DNA from: Microbotryum violaceum
Taxonomy: Eukaryota
Reading direction: 5' to 3'
Length of the DNA stretch: 64,000 bases
Assembly (NCBI GenBank): GCA_001244265.2
Contig: CDLV01000014.1
Location: 992,001 to 1,056,000, forward strand
Position numbers and translations under genes: made by a program. This document shows positions 11,456-24,074 of this stretch, in pieces. Below the pieces are notes generated by a model that was not told where the DNA came from, ran no database searches, and saw nothing but the letters and a program-made list of their open reading frames with translations. How positions within the stretch are numbered: the first letter of the stretch is position 1; each line of letters starts with the position of its first letter.

Positions 11456-14400
11456 CAAGGGTCCGCATCAGATCTGATTTGATCTGATCTGACGGGGGTC
11501 AGATCAAGTTCAGATCAATCAAGTCTCGAGAAAAAAAATCCAAAAGTAGGCGGTACCTAGATGGTGCCATTGTGATTTGAAATGCCAACTGCGGCGCACC
11601 TGATCACTGCATGAGAGAGAAAGGAACGCGCCATCTGCCATCTGGCATCGCCGCCGCATTGGGTGTCGGCCCCGCGCCACAGAAGTACTACAGGGCCGGG
11701 TGTGGTCCTCCTCTGATGGGCCTTCGTTGCAGTGTCAGGTTCTGACTCATTGCAAACACTTTCTCATCGGGATCATGCGACCCAATCCAGTCATAAAAGC
11801 GGAGAGCTCCTCCAAAAAGCGGCGGCTTAGCAAGGTGATCATTTGGAGGATGATGAGAATAAGGATGAGGATGAGGTTGTGGAGGAGAAGATGGGGATTT
11901 CAACATGTAGACATGTAGAAGTCTTTATGCGCCAAATTAGGCAATTACATGTCTCAGATCAGATCAAGATCAGATCAATCCCTGAAGCTCTCTAGAGCTG
12001 AAGGTTTGTTCAACGAAAATTGGGGGGGCGCGAGCTGGGGAAATTACTACCTCTCTATATATAAAAAGGTCGATCCGCGACCCATGTACCTAAAATCGCT
12101 GTTTTGGACTGTGTTGCGGCCCTCTGGGCCGCCTATAGTGAATGTACCAGTACAGTATTGGGTCTGCCGCACCTGCCTGTGATATTGGCGTCCCGACCAG
12201 AAGTCATGTACGACCCTTTCCGCATTTTCTGCACCATAAAAGTCGAGCTACAGCCCGAGGACAATTTTTGTTCATTTTTGGCGGGGTGCGCAACTATTGA
12301 GCAGTTTGTGTATGATTTAATTTACCAAGCGCGTGGTTTTGCACGACACTTCTTCTACAGAGCTCAGGCGTGGTCTCGCTGTCGTTGACGCGGGGATCGG
12401 ACGCGGGCGCCGCTACACTGCGCGATGCCCCGTCGATCACGTGACGTATGTTTGGCATCCCGATCCCGGTTTTAGGGGCTCAACAACATCATGAGGTTCC
12501 AGACGCTGTTGATACTCCCGCGCTACTCTCTCCGATTTTCGCCTTTTCCCTCCCACTCTCATCGAATTTGCGTGACAACCGCGCCGAGTCTTTGGCGCGA
12601 GGGTAGTGCCGTACGATATACGATAGCGTACTATCGTACCATGGGAGTACCATCGGCCTGCTCGAGCTTGCTCGAGCGCCCCCTGCTGGGCCCGCTGCTC
12701 CCCTCTCCTCTTCGTCCCGCTCCGATCAACAGAATCAGCTCCCCGCGCATAATGACAACAACTCAACAGATCTTGGTATTGCGACCCGTATAAGCGTCCG
12801 CCGTACAGCTTTGTAGAACGGACAGCGTGGTCAGCGCGATGGGCCGATGGCCGAACCGACGCTGAGCTCGCCCCACCGCCACCTCTTCCTGCGCAGAGGC
12901 AAGTGCGCAGGCCTCGAATCGAGCTCAAACGACTCAAGCCCCACGTTCCCATCCGCGACTATCTCGGCCCCAGATGGCCGAGTGTGCCCACTGCAAGGCT
13001 CGACACTGGGAGTGCAAAGGACGAACCGGACACTTGAGCACGTGCTGCTCGCAGGGTAAGGTGCAGCTACCTCCTCTGCGGCCCAATCCCGAGTATCGAC
13101 AGCTACTTGAAGGGTCGGATACCGGTCAGTCTCTCCAGTCTGTCGTAGGCCCACATGCTGAAGGGTTCGACCCACCTACACAGAAGCGGTTGCATTCCGC
13201 GAGAATGCCCAGTCGTACAACAAGTTGAACGGGCTGTCTTCACTGCGCTCGCTGCCCACTTTGACCAGACTCGACTAGGCACTCAAGGACCCCGCATGTT
13301 TCGGATTTTCGACGCCTTGACCATCGACTCGGCGCACTCTCGGCGCCCTGAATCCTGCCGTCAATCAGCGCCCAATCTTACCCAAAACATGGCTCATCTG
13401 CCCGGCCGAGGCCGCCAACACTCAACTTGGACCCGACGGCGCAGACAGTCGCATACAAAGACCAACTTTGACCAAGCTCGAATCTACGTTGCGTACCGGC
13501 AATCGCTTGGTGAGGGAACTTGCATCGGCCAAAGCTCGCGCAGGTTAGGCCAAAGAGTGGGTCCCGCGCCTCTGCCTACCAGCTGGCGGAGACCGACGCA
13601 CCCACAACCTTCCTACGTCGAGCACCGAAATGGCGGTGCTTATCTGCGATTCCGACACCAACACTGGAGATCGTGCACCGCAAGACCTTATTCTCCAGGT
13701 GCACGGTGATCGAGGTCCCGATCGTCGGCCCAAGTACCAAATTGTTAGCTCGCTCCATCCGTCCGCGATGCCTCTCCGTTACCCACTACTTTTTCCTGCA
13801 GGGGAAGATGGCTTCCACCCCAACATTCCTCTTTGTGGGTTCCACCAAGCTAGGCCGCCAATCGCCAGAAACCGAGAGCAGATCGACAATGGTGTCCAAT
13901 TGCGCGAGCTACTTGCCGGTCTCGGTCTGGATGACGAAGACGAACAGGAGGACGAAGACCGCGACAATGAGGATGAAGACGGCGAGGAATGGGACGAAGA
14001 GGATGGTGATGGCGAACGTACGCGTCTTCGGCTTTTTCTCTGAGGTTCCATTCTGTCTAAGGCGCAAGCACAGACTGACATTGAACTTTTGAACACCTAG
14101 GACGAAGGTCAAGTAAAGCGGTCGAGGTGGCGAGTCTCGCGTTCACAATTCTTTGCGCACTACTTGCCAAAGGCGACGAGTACTTCTCAATCCCGCATTG
14201 CACCCAACGTCCCTTCCTGGAGTTTGTGAGTGACGGATGTACTCCCAAGTCAAGACCGATTGACTCAACACATCCGATTGCATCAAGAGAACCTACGCCT
14301 CACCACGACCCAAGGCATCAACGGCTTGACCCCGAACCAAATCGCGACATCACGCAGCGTTACCAGGATGCGATGGCGTGCGTTGTCAACATGGAAAGCC

Positions 14401-16450
14401 TCCGCTGCTCATCACGATGACGTACGACTCCAACTCACCGGAAACCAAGGCTGCACTGGGGCCGATACAGCGTGCACCGTCCGGATCTCATTGCACGAGT
14501 GTTTGAAGCCAAGTCCGGCAACAAGCGACATGAATATAAGATGAATGGATTTTGTTTCTTTGCTGTACTTCGTATTGTGTTTTCTTAAACTCTGCGCTGA
14601 TATCATGTAGACTGTTCGATTATCCTGCTATTGTTTTAATTTCATCCTCCCGTTAATTTAACGGGTTCCCACTGGTTGATGACAATCTCAACATCAGTAA
14701 TTCTCGTTGGGCGGCTCTGGTGGGGCGGGGTGGGGGGAGGCGCACTTGGGAAAGTGGCAACGGTCTCAACGTTACATTAGTAATCCTCGTTGGCGGGGGG
14801 CGGCTTCCGCACAGGCCCGCGCGTGCGACTCATTGGACAGCATCTGCAGTGGGAGCTTGGCTTGACAAGAGGCAGTTGCTCTTGCCAACATGGCGAACGA
14901 GTACAGTACGTTAAACATGAAATGAACAGATTTGCTTCCTCACATTCGCTTGACGAGGATCTAGTGATCAGGTGCTCGTTGCGACAGCTCGTCTTGTCCG
15001 TCAACCTTCATGCAGTGTGAACAACTGCAGATTCTCTGTCAGGCTCACAACTTGCAGGGCTATTTTCTTCGGCGATCAAAAAAGACTACAGAATTGTATT
15101 TGGGTATTCTATTTTTCTATTATCTTCATGCGAGAGTGGCTACATCTTCAAGCGAAGCACAGCCAATGACATCCTCAGTGGCTGGAATGCCAAATGGCGT
15201 GCTGCAATCACTGATTCGCGTGGTCCATCGGCGGAGCGACCTAGAGGGCCAGCCCGCTTACTACTAGATGTTATTATAGAGGCTGACTCGGGGTACACTT
15301 TGTGTGTTCAGTCTCGAGCACAAGCTTGCTTCCGGAAAGGCAGCGGCCGGAGCGGCACCGTGACTTGCTCGTCTCGTCCGAATCCGAGGCAAACTTGTTG
15401 CGACTTAGGGCATGTCCAAGTTGCGATCCTTCCTTTTCTGAACATGGTGCAACAGCATTGAACTTGGGAAACATTTAATGTAAGTTGAATCCGTTGCAAA
15501 GAAAGACAGAGACCTGACTCCTTCCCCTTTCTCACCCTCACTGCACCGGCCCGGCCACTGCGATCACATTCAAGTTCAACACACCAGATTGAAGCCGCAG
15601 GTGGTCTTCATCCACCACCAGTTGATCACACCCAGGATTTAAGTAGTGATGTATATTTTTGCCTTTGTGTGCTCCAGCGTCTGGTGATTGGGCGGACACG
15701 GGTGCGTGCAGTCATTAGAAAGATGGAGTCACCGAGGGCGGCCGGTGCTGGAGGCCGGGGTGATTTCGCCACAGTTCCCACTTGGACCCGAAGAACATTC
15801 TCGACCTGCCCAATTACAGTCGATTTTATGCGGAGGTCCGAGAGGGGCTTTTTACCGGTCACAAGTACGCGAAAGGATATCCCACGCAACTCCCAGTGAC
15901 TGTCGATGAGCACCCTGGGCGACTTGCACAAGGATATCCCACGCCTAGAGGAAGGTGATCTGTGTGCGGCTGTCTCCACCGTCGAGGCTGGCGCTTGGAG
16001 GGACCGGTCCTCCGGCAAACCTTTTGTTAAATTGCATGGGCCTGATGTAGTTTCCTTGCCTGATGTGCGGCAGATGACACGCCAGATCACACCCCCGCCG
16101 ACAGGTCCTAGGCGGGTCATCGCCTCCCCTGTCGAGCGTTCGGACGCCGAGCTGAATATTGACTTGTCGAGCACCGATGGTCATGAGGATGAGTTCAAGC
16201 CCGCAATTCCCCACTAAACCTTTTATACCGGCTGACAGGTTTGGTTACTTGACGTTCAACAGTCACTGACAACTAAGTAGGAGGTAGTGCCTATCCTCGG
16301 GCCATAGTTGTGTGAGTGTGACTTTATAGAGGGCACTGGAGGTTCAGGGACTCGTCGCCGCCCCGCGGTGCATTAATCAAGGCAGAATCAGAAAAATCCA
16401 GATCTGATCTGATCTGATCTGACGGTGATCTGATCTAATGCGGATCCTTG
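11456..16450. mobile_element. hAT-type TIR element with GATCT subterminal repeats, containing a nested Helitron relic
   Basis: TIRs CAAGGGTCCGCATCAGATC and CAAGGATCCGCATTAGATC (rc). Exact 8-bp TSD TGGGCGAT at 11448-11455 and 16451-16458. (GATCT)n arrays at both ends. Confidence 0.9.
12974..14500 (+). pseudogene. Helitron Rep (N-terminal part of RepHel) pseudogene; probable element 5' end near 12052
   Basis: CAHCKARHWE...CCSQGKVQLP, SLHPSAMPLRYPLLFPAGEDGFHP and RYQDAMACV..GKP are Helitron_like_N motifs, with many frameshifts. TCTCTATATATAAAAAGG lies at 12052. No clear 3' end was found. Confidence 0.88.
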
Positions 16451-16703
16451 TGGGCGATCTTCCGGACCGGCGACCAATCAATCCTCGCGCTCGCAATTAG
16501 CACCCCAGCGCCCCAGCGCCTCGAGGCCGACGCCCTGAACTTCATCCAGCTCAAGGATCTGCACTGGCCTTCCTTATTGCAGTGCGGCAGTTGCAGAGCG
16601 TCGGGAGCCAAATTGCAAGTTGCCCTCCTGGGACCGTGGCGCGCTAGTCGTTTCATAAAATTTCTTCCCTTGCAACCCATCATTCATCCACACCCTCACA
16701 ACC

Positions 16704-17491
16704 ATGTCATTCGAAAGGAAAAGCAACGCCGAGGCCCAGCAGAGCAATGATTACTCTGCCGTGATGAGCCATTGCGGCCACAAGGGTCCGTCCTGCCTTT
16801 CCTCCTCAGTCGTCATTCTCCCTTCTCCGCATCGGAGCAACATCGTCTGGGCTCGCCATCGCGCTCCATTCATGTTCACACCCAACTCATCGACAATGTT
16901 ACTTTCTTGAACAGGCTACCAGATGTTCGCCGTCATCGCACCACCTCTCTTCCTCCTCACCTCTCTGCGGAAACGATCCTTCTCCCCGCGGATATACCTA
17001 CGCAATGTCGGATTGACGACCTTCGTCGGTGGTACGGCGCTTGGTGTGGCCGCTGGTGCAGGTCGGATGAGTGGTCTTGACGCCGAACAAATCAATGATC
17101 GAGCGGTCAGGATTCTCAGCAACAGGTCGCAGACCCGCGTCGACGACTACGGCATCGTTGGTGGGGTCTTGGGAGCGGTGAGTATTGGCTTGGTGGGCTC
17201 TGATCGTTGGTTGCTGAATTCGTCGTGTGTACTGATAAAATGCATCGTCTCTCTCCTCATCGTGATCCTCGACCTCGACGGCCATTCGATTTGCAGCTCG
17301 GTACCACCACCATCCTCTTGAAGCGAGCCCCTATGATCTGGACCGTCACAGGTGGTGCCGCCCTCGGTGTTGCAGGAGGCATCATCTTCCATCTCGCCAA
17401 GTCAATGCAAGATGGGGAGCATGTCAAACCCGAAGCCATGCTTGAAGAGGCCAAGGAGGCCGTCAACAAGGGCGTGGTTGAGAAGAACTGA
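16704..17491 (+). CDS. Small conserved hypothetical membrane protein, 3 exons
   Basis: MSFERK...HKG|YQMFAVIAPPLFLL...SQTRVDDYGIVGGVLGA|LGTTTILLKRA...GGAALGVAGGIIFH. Canonical introns and Gly-rich TM segments. Confidence 0.78.
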
Positions 17492-17814
17492 GCCGAGTGC
17501 TGTCTTAGTTCTTGGAGATTTCATATACCGCGTGGAACAATTTTCAATCACGAACTACACACTCAGTTCGCCGCTGGAGTTGAAAGGTTCTCTCTCTCCG
17601 AAGAGAATGATGTAGGCTAAAATGAAGGCCGAGCGAGGACGTACTAAAATTGCGAAGATTAAGATGCAAGGTAAGGACGTTATGCAAATAATGAAGTGAA
17701 CCTTTGTATCGCCCAGCGCCCTCTCTCTGTCCCCCCATGGAGAAAGAGGTACAAGCGGTGCAGTGTATGTCTATCTAAGACCTCGAAATTCCGAAAGCCG
17801 AAATGGGCTCCTCT

Positions 17815-18536
17815 TCAAACTTCGGACTGGACTTCACGGATCGGCGAAGCTGCCCTCGAGGCTGATCGGGAACCTGCCCTCGAGGCGTTCCTCGACTTGC
17901 GTTCCAAACCGGCCGTATCGGCAAAGTTGAGGTCATGCCCGTGGCCACCGAGGATCTTGGAGATGGGGTTGCGCGACCTCGAGCCCTCTCGCGATGGCGA
18001 CTTGGATGAGGCGCGGGCGGTCTCACGACCTTTCCTCTCGAGTCCCTCGTTGGCGAAGTTGACATCGTGGCCGTGCGAACCGAGGACCTTGGACACACGC
18101 GACGGGGAAGCCGTACGCGAGGCCGAACGCGATCCGGGACGAGAGGCGGATCGGGAAGCGTCACGGGACTTGCGCTCGAGGCCGTGTTGGTCTGCAAAGT
18201 TGAGGTCGTGGCCGTGAGAGCCGAAGACGGACTTGACAGCATCGGTCAGGCGTTGGCGGGAACCGGAGCGGGACTTGGCGTTGGACCCAATATCGGTCAC
18301 CTTGCGTGAGTCACGGGCAGGGTTGATAGGGGCAGCCGACGAGGTCTCGATCGGGGCCGACGAGTCTACACCGTTGGTGAGGCCAGGGACTGTGAATAAG
18401 TCACGCGTTTCGAATGGGTTGGAAGTCAGCAAACAAATGTGGGCATAGCTCTGGCCGAAAAACTGGGAGAGAGGAATGGGGGTCGAAGCTCACCTTGAGT
18501 CTGAGGGACTTCGGGGTTGGAGGTGACGGCAGACAT
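17815..18536 (-). CDS. Orphan Arg/Ser-rich repeat protein (3x G(S/G)HGHD(L/V)NFA..GLERK), 2 exons
   Basis: ATG at 18536. A phase-1 intron GTGAGC..CACAG joins it to ORF 17815..18432. Three internal repeats. Confidence 0.78.
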
Positions 18537-19691
18537 GGTAGATGTAGTCGTTTGATGTAGTTGTTGATGTCTCGTGAAATTATTCTAAGAGGTAGCCTCG
18601 TGAGACGGGATAAATCTGAACGGGCGATGTGAGGAAGAGAAGGGGAAGAGGAAGAGGGGCATCTCAATCAAGTTGTAAACTTGTGCGAACTGCCTGGCCG
18701 CAACTCGGGCGAGCTTTCCGCTTCATTCGATGGCGACTTCGGCACAGCCCGGCCCGCGGGATCCCGATGGATGGCGATCGATTCTCTTGGAAATGATGTT
18801 TTTATCGTCTTTCTGTCTTTCCGTGTCGGGAATAATATATCCTGGGTGACTCATACCATCCTTTCCTGTGGCGTTGTCGATTCCCGCCACCGTACTAGTA
18901 CAAGGTCCAGCGCGCTGCTGAGCATCCAGCAGCACCGCGCGCCACCCGCGCGCACGCACCCCGAGAGGTTTTCGCCTTGGGTTTTCGAATGGCCACATCG
19001 GTCATCTGACGGAGCCGACGGAAAGAGCACATTGTGTTGGAATCAACAATGATCCCGAAATAATCAACAAAAGAACAAGAACGGCTGGATTAGGAGTCAC
19101 ACCTGGGTTGCTTCCATCAATTGGAAAAGCTTTGACCTACTAAGCTATCCGGCCCCCGAGATCAGTGCAAGGTCTACTACCACCTTCAACACTTCCCCTT
19201 AGACCTTTGCACTGCTGCCAGGCTATTGCAATGCGTCGACTCTAAGTCCCAATTGGACTCTGTGTCAAGCTTCTGCGGCAGCTATATATGTGCGGCCTCA
19301 TTGGAAATATTTACAACAAAGGTTCTGTAATAGATCCTCACACTTTGCTTCGCTTCGGCTGCGATGAAACGACGTCCTCATTCTGGGTTGATGACTCATC
19401 CACTGACCTCAAAGCGTGCATCTACTGCTTTTATCATCAGGGTCGACTTGATCAGAATTTGCTCCACTGCCCGTCCCCCTTTCCCCCCCCCCCTCCCCTC
19501 CTGGCTCGGAGGCTCGGAGTTTCTCGGAGCGGTGCATTCATGAAGGCAGCACAATTGTAACACATAACATAAGGATTTGAACTTCAGGCATCCGAATTAG
19601 GTAATAGTAATAAGCAAGAAAGGACGGTAAGAACCGGGTCGCACAAGGATATATCAGCGCTATGAGAGCGAGATCGGCTTATTGTGCGGTG

Positions 19692-20290
19692 CTAAGTACT
19701 CTTGCTCGCTTCGATGCCTTTGGTCTCATGGTCAGGCTTCTGGAGGAGACCGTGCACGGCCTCACGAACGCGACTTCTGCTGCGACTGGCGTGTCGCTTC
19801 TCGCGATCGACCCGGCCGGCGGCGCTGCTCGCCTTGGCGGCTTGGATCTCGCCGAGGATGACCTGGTGCAACTCGACGGCACGTTCCTCCTCGGTTTGGT
19901 GCGCCGAAGCTCGGTGAAAGAAAGGATCATGGGCGATCGCCTTGACCATTTGACGAATGTGCGACACCGAGCGGGACTTTGATCCGTGCTCACCGTCTCG
20001 GAGTGAATGACGGGTCGCTCGGTCGATTTCACCGGCCTCGGTCGAGGCTTGCGCGGCGTGGATCTGACCGAACGTCGCCGAGATTTGTTGCGACTTTTGG
20101 TACTCCGGGTCACGCGATTGCGAGCGAGAGGTGCGCTTCCAGAAGGGGTCACGCGACTTGGATCGCGAGCGTTCATCCAAGGGGGTGTGGGCTGGGGAAG
20201 CGTCGTTGTACGTGGCGGGGACGACGGCTTCGCCGGTGGGGTACCTAGTTTATGCATACGATTGCGGAGAGAAGAATGTCAGCTGAAGTG

Positions 20291-20335
<45 letters not shown>

Positions 20336-20652
20336 TGTATGAACGAGCGATGTCGTGGGTCGCCGTCTCTCATCGAAGATTGCAATCAAAACGAAAACCC
20401 GACAAATCTGATGCAGTGATGTGCAACTTACGCGGTATGGTGATCCACGGTAGCTGTGATTAACAAGATGTATGGATTTCATCAGCTCTCACGAACACAA
20501 GGGGCAGGAGACGTTGCGGAAACCGGATAGGCAAAGCAACTATCGACTCCATCCGTAGTCGCCGTTGACGCGTGATGATAGGTAAGGTACTCACTTCCTA
20601 CAGGATGGACAGCAGCGGTCTCGACGAAGTTGGGGGGGATCGTGTGAGGCAT
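19692..20652 (-). CDS. Orphan Arg/Ser-rich protein, 3 exons including a 22-nt micro-exon
   Basis: MPHTIPPNFVETAAVHPVG|TTVDHHT|AYPTGEAVV...DERSRSKSRDP.... Intron phases 1 and 2 join into ORF 19692..20180. Confidence 0.72.
20291..20333. repeat. 43-nt poly(A)/poly(T) run inside intron 2 of the minus-strand RS-rich gene
   Basis: Homopolymer immediately upstream (minus strand) of the branch site GCTGAC. Confidence 0.9.
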
Positions 20653-23600
20653 CTTGATGAGAGTGATTTGCCGGGTTCGGGGCTACTGCGGGTTGAAAAA
20701 GCAATCTCTTATCTCAGACGCCGCCGAGTCGACGCCAGGAATCCGTTGTGCCACTCTCACGTGGGAGAGTCAAGCGGGGTCCTCATGCTGGACTGAAGGA
20801 GGGGGAAGGGCAGAGGACTCATGAGCCAGTTGGACGTACAAGTTGTGCTTTGTAGAAGTTGTTGAGGCTGAAGGGTGTGGTCGGCGGGAGAGTCAGGAAC
20901 GGAACCTCGTGCTTCCCTTGCCCGATGATGCCGTCAGTTCCCGCCCTCCTCCGCCCTCCGCCTGGGGCCGTCGGAACGAAAATGGGCAGCCTAAAAATAG
21001 GCGCATCGCCTTCCGGGAAGGCGCCAGTCCCTTGGCCGCCGGGATAGGGTTTCATCAGTTCTTGCGAAGCTTGGGCCTGAACCTTGGCACTGAAGGTGAG
21101 AGTAATCACAGGATTTTGCACGGCGGTTAAGGGGCCGAGCTGAGGTGGACGCATGTGCCATGGGCTCGAATTTAATACCATCAGCGCATTTAGGGGCAGG
21201 TAGGAACTGGTTTAATGAAACACCATATTTTTTGTCTCGCTTTCCTTCAGCATCGCATTTAAAGGCTTAGCACAGGGGGTGGCCTGCAGGCGTGCAGGTT
21301 GCCGTCGACTTAAGCTCGAAACCCTCCACTCTGTGGAGGGGCTTAGGACTTATCGGCGCGCCTGGCCCAGTTGCCCTCCGAAATTTCAGGGCCATTTTGG
21401 GGTGGTTCTCTGTAGCGTGGCAAGTACTTACAATTATCCAAAACGCAGAGATGTTATTGATCTTCTACTAGAAGAAATGCCTTGTGCCGAACGGCAAGAG
21501 GATACCCCATCTGTAGACGAAGCTATCATGATCTGAAGTGTGTAAATTTGGTCAATTTGGCCCCAAGTGGTCCGAGCGGCAGCACGCTGCTGCAGCCGCC
21601 GGCTTGCGCACTTCGGCGTGTGCGCATCGGTTTCTCTCCCGTCCCATTCCGCATCACTCGTCTTCTCGGTACTATGCTCTTCGCTTGTTCTCGGTGCAAC
21701 ACCGCGCTTATTTCAGAATGACGCGGAACCGCAAACACTATGACTCGACGACTCGCCAGGATCGCCGCCGTCAGGCGGATCTATTCGCTCCAAGTTCGGC
21801 TTCATAAGCTCTCACTATGTCAATACCTCTCGTGGTATTTCAGCCCATCAACACAACATGATCGTGTTCACAGGACAAAGCTCTTCAACAGTAATTGGAC
21901 CCAGCTCAAGCATGTACTTGATCTCATCATACAACTCGCCCGCACGAGGCCGAATCAATAATTGGATTGCCAACCAGGTGGGTAACACTCCAGCATGTCA
22001 GATCAGTATACAAGAACGCGGCAAGGCCTCTTATAACTCGTTCTCGGAACGAGTCCTTCGATATCAGCTCAGCCCAGCGCTTGTCTCCATTGTGCATCTC
22101 TGGAGACTGTCGGAATTTTCAGTAGCAAGATATCAGTACGGGGGTTGTGAGCATGCAAAAACCTGCGGCGGATTGAATGGACACGTACGATAAAGATGAA
22201 TGAGACAGTATGGGAGAGATCGCTCAACTGCTGGTACAGCTCTCCGTCACCCCATGTTTCCTTGCATATGACAACCGCTTTCTTTCGCTCTTGATTGAGA
22301 CTGTCGGCCTGTAAAGGTATCAAGACCGTGGGACTCAGCACCGGCGTCGCCTCAACGGCCAACCAAATAAAACCACCTCTGGCTATATATATAAGCACGC
22401 TAAAAGGTGGCGCGCGCAGCGCGCCTCCGACCCTCGCTTCCGCGCGGCGTAGCCATACATGTTGCCCGCCTGTAACCCGGGTTGCTGGATGGCCCGAGGA
22501 CTAGCGCAACACGAAGGCTGGTGTGGCCTTCAACACGTTCATCTCATGTACGTGCGAGCTCGTATCGGGGTAATCCAATCTTATAAATGCTGCCATTGTG
22601 TATAAAGCATATTCGGAAAACTCATCGTCAATTTCTTCTTTAGATTAGTAGCGAGAAGAAGCTCGATTAGAACATCATTACATCATTACCTCATTAGCGG
22701 TGGGGATAAGGTAGCATTGATGGACGTGGTTAAGTCACGTGCCGTCTCACCACGCTGGTAGACTCGCCGTAGCGAGCCTGAGCGCGAGCGAGCAACAGCA
22801 TTGCCGCTTGACGCGCCGCTATCGATCACGGTCCTGGTCTTACTACTTTCTGTTCCCTCACGCTTTCTGTCGTATATCTTGAATCGAAGCCCACCGACCA
22901 TACGATGTGTTGCCTCTCCTGTCTGCTCCCAGCAACGCGTCAGCGTTTGCCGCTTCCACCCGCTGGCGAGGTTGGCACTGCGGTGTGGTATGTGCTTCAA
23001 CGTCGGCAGATTTTGGTCAAGAGCGTCTGGATCGGCTCGCCGAATGCGATGATCTCTCGGTTGTCTGGTTCAGAATGCGTTTACCCGTTTACCCGCAGTT
23101 CATGAATCGCGGCCCACGGCATTCGGTTTGATCGGAGGAGTTTTCGCCGGACGGGCGAAACAGGTGTTGCGCCGGTCGCGCGGTAGTCCACGTCATTTCG
23201 GTCGCCGCCTTTCGACGCTGAATAATACTCAAATACAGAGCCTCGTCACTGAGTCGAGCCGCCGCTCATCAGGTCCTTCTGCCGTGGACGTGCGCCACAC
23301 AACCATCGACCTCGACGCATTCCGAAGGGAACTTGGCCTGACCCCCGATCCAGCCGCGGAGCATGCCGAGCGAGACCGCGATGATGTGTATGAAAGACGA
23401 GTGGAAGAAGTTTTGGGTTCACGATCGGAGCACGAGGTCGAGGAAGAAGATGATGCTGAGCTCGGGGAGGGCGACGGAGAGTCGGGCTGACAAGCGTTGA
23501 AGACTCGGACGACCTCGAGATTCTCGACGAGCCCATGGGCTACCTAGGGATGGTTTGGCGCATTTGTTGACTGTAGATTATGGGTTATTGAAGGGATTTG

Positions 23601-24074
23601 CTTTTTGTATGCGGCCCATATCGCACATGGTGGAAATGTACGCCAGTGCACAAAAGTAAAATAAATGTCAGCCTTAATCAGGCGTTGACGCGTTGACGAC
23701 CACGATCCCACGAGCCGGTCGCCACCGCCACACTCACCGAACTGCAGTACGTGACAAGCTTGAAGGTTCTGCTAAGTTAAAGACTAAAATTTGGTGCGCA
23801 TCGGTGCTGACATCTGCAGGTTCAGGTTTGGGAACGTTGCCAGAGGGGGCGGGGGGCGGTGAGGATTGGTGTTGCTGTAGTTGTTCTGTTCCAACAGCAC
23901 CCCAAAGCATGGGTCCAGACGCGTCCAACGGCGCTCCGTTGTACAGTGCTTGCGATAACATGTCAGCAAAAATCAATGAAATACGTCACCGCATACCTAC
24001 TCCGTTGACGTGATAGTTTATGTAGTCGAGTGAGCAGGGATATCGGTCCATCGGCCAAGGACCTTGTAGGGGCT

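Noticed and set aside
15230-15270. Candidate 3' end (CTAG) for the Helitron starting near 12052
   Set aside because: No convincing hairpin, and CTAG is followed by A rather than T.
15669-16217. Protein-like ORFs near the right end of the second hAT element
   Set aside because: Frameshifted and unassignable by eye.
20291-20333. Poly(A) as the tail of a retroposed insertion
   Set aside because: No TSD or LINE 3' UTR is adjacent. It fits an intronic poly(T) tract.
20819-21181. 120-aa minus-strand ORF
   Set aside because: No recognisable domain, and I could not build a consistent gene model.
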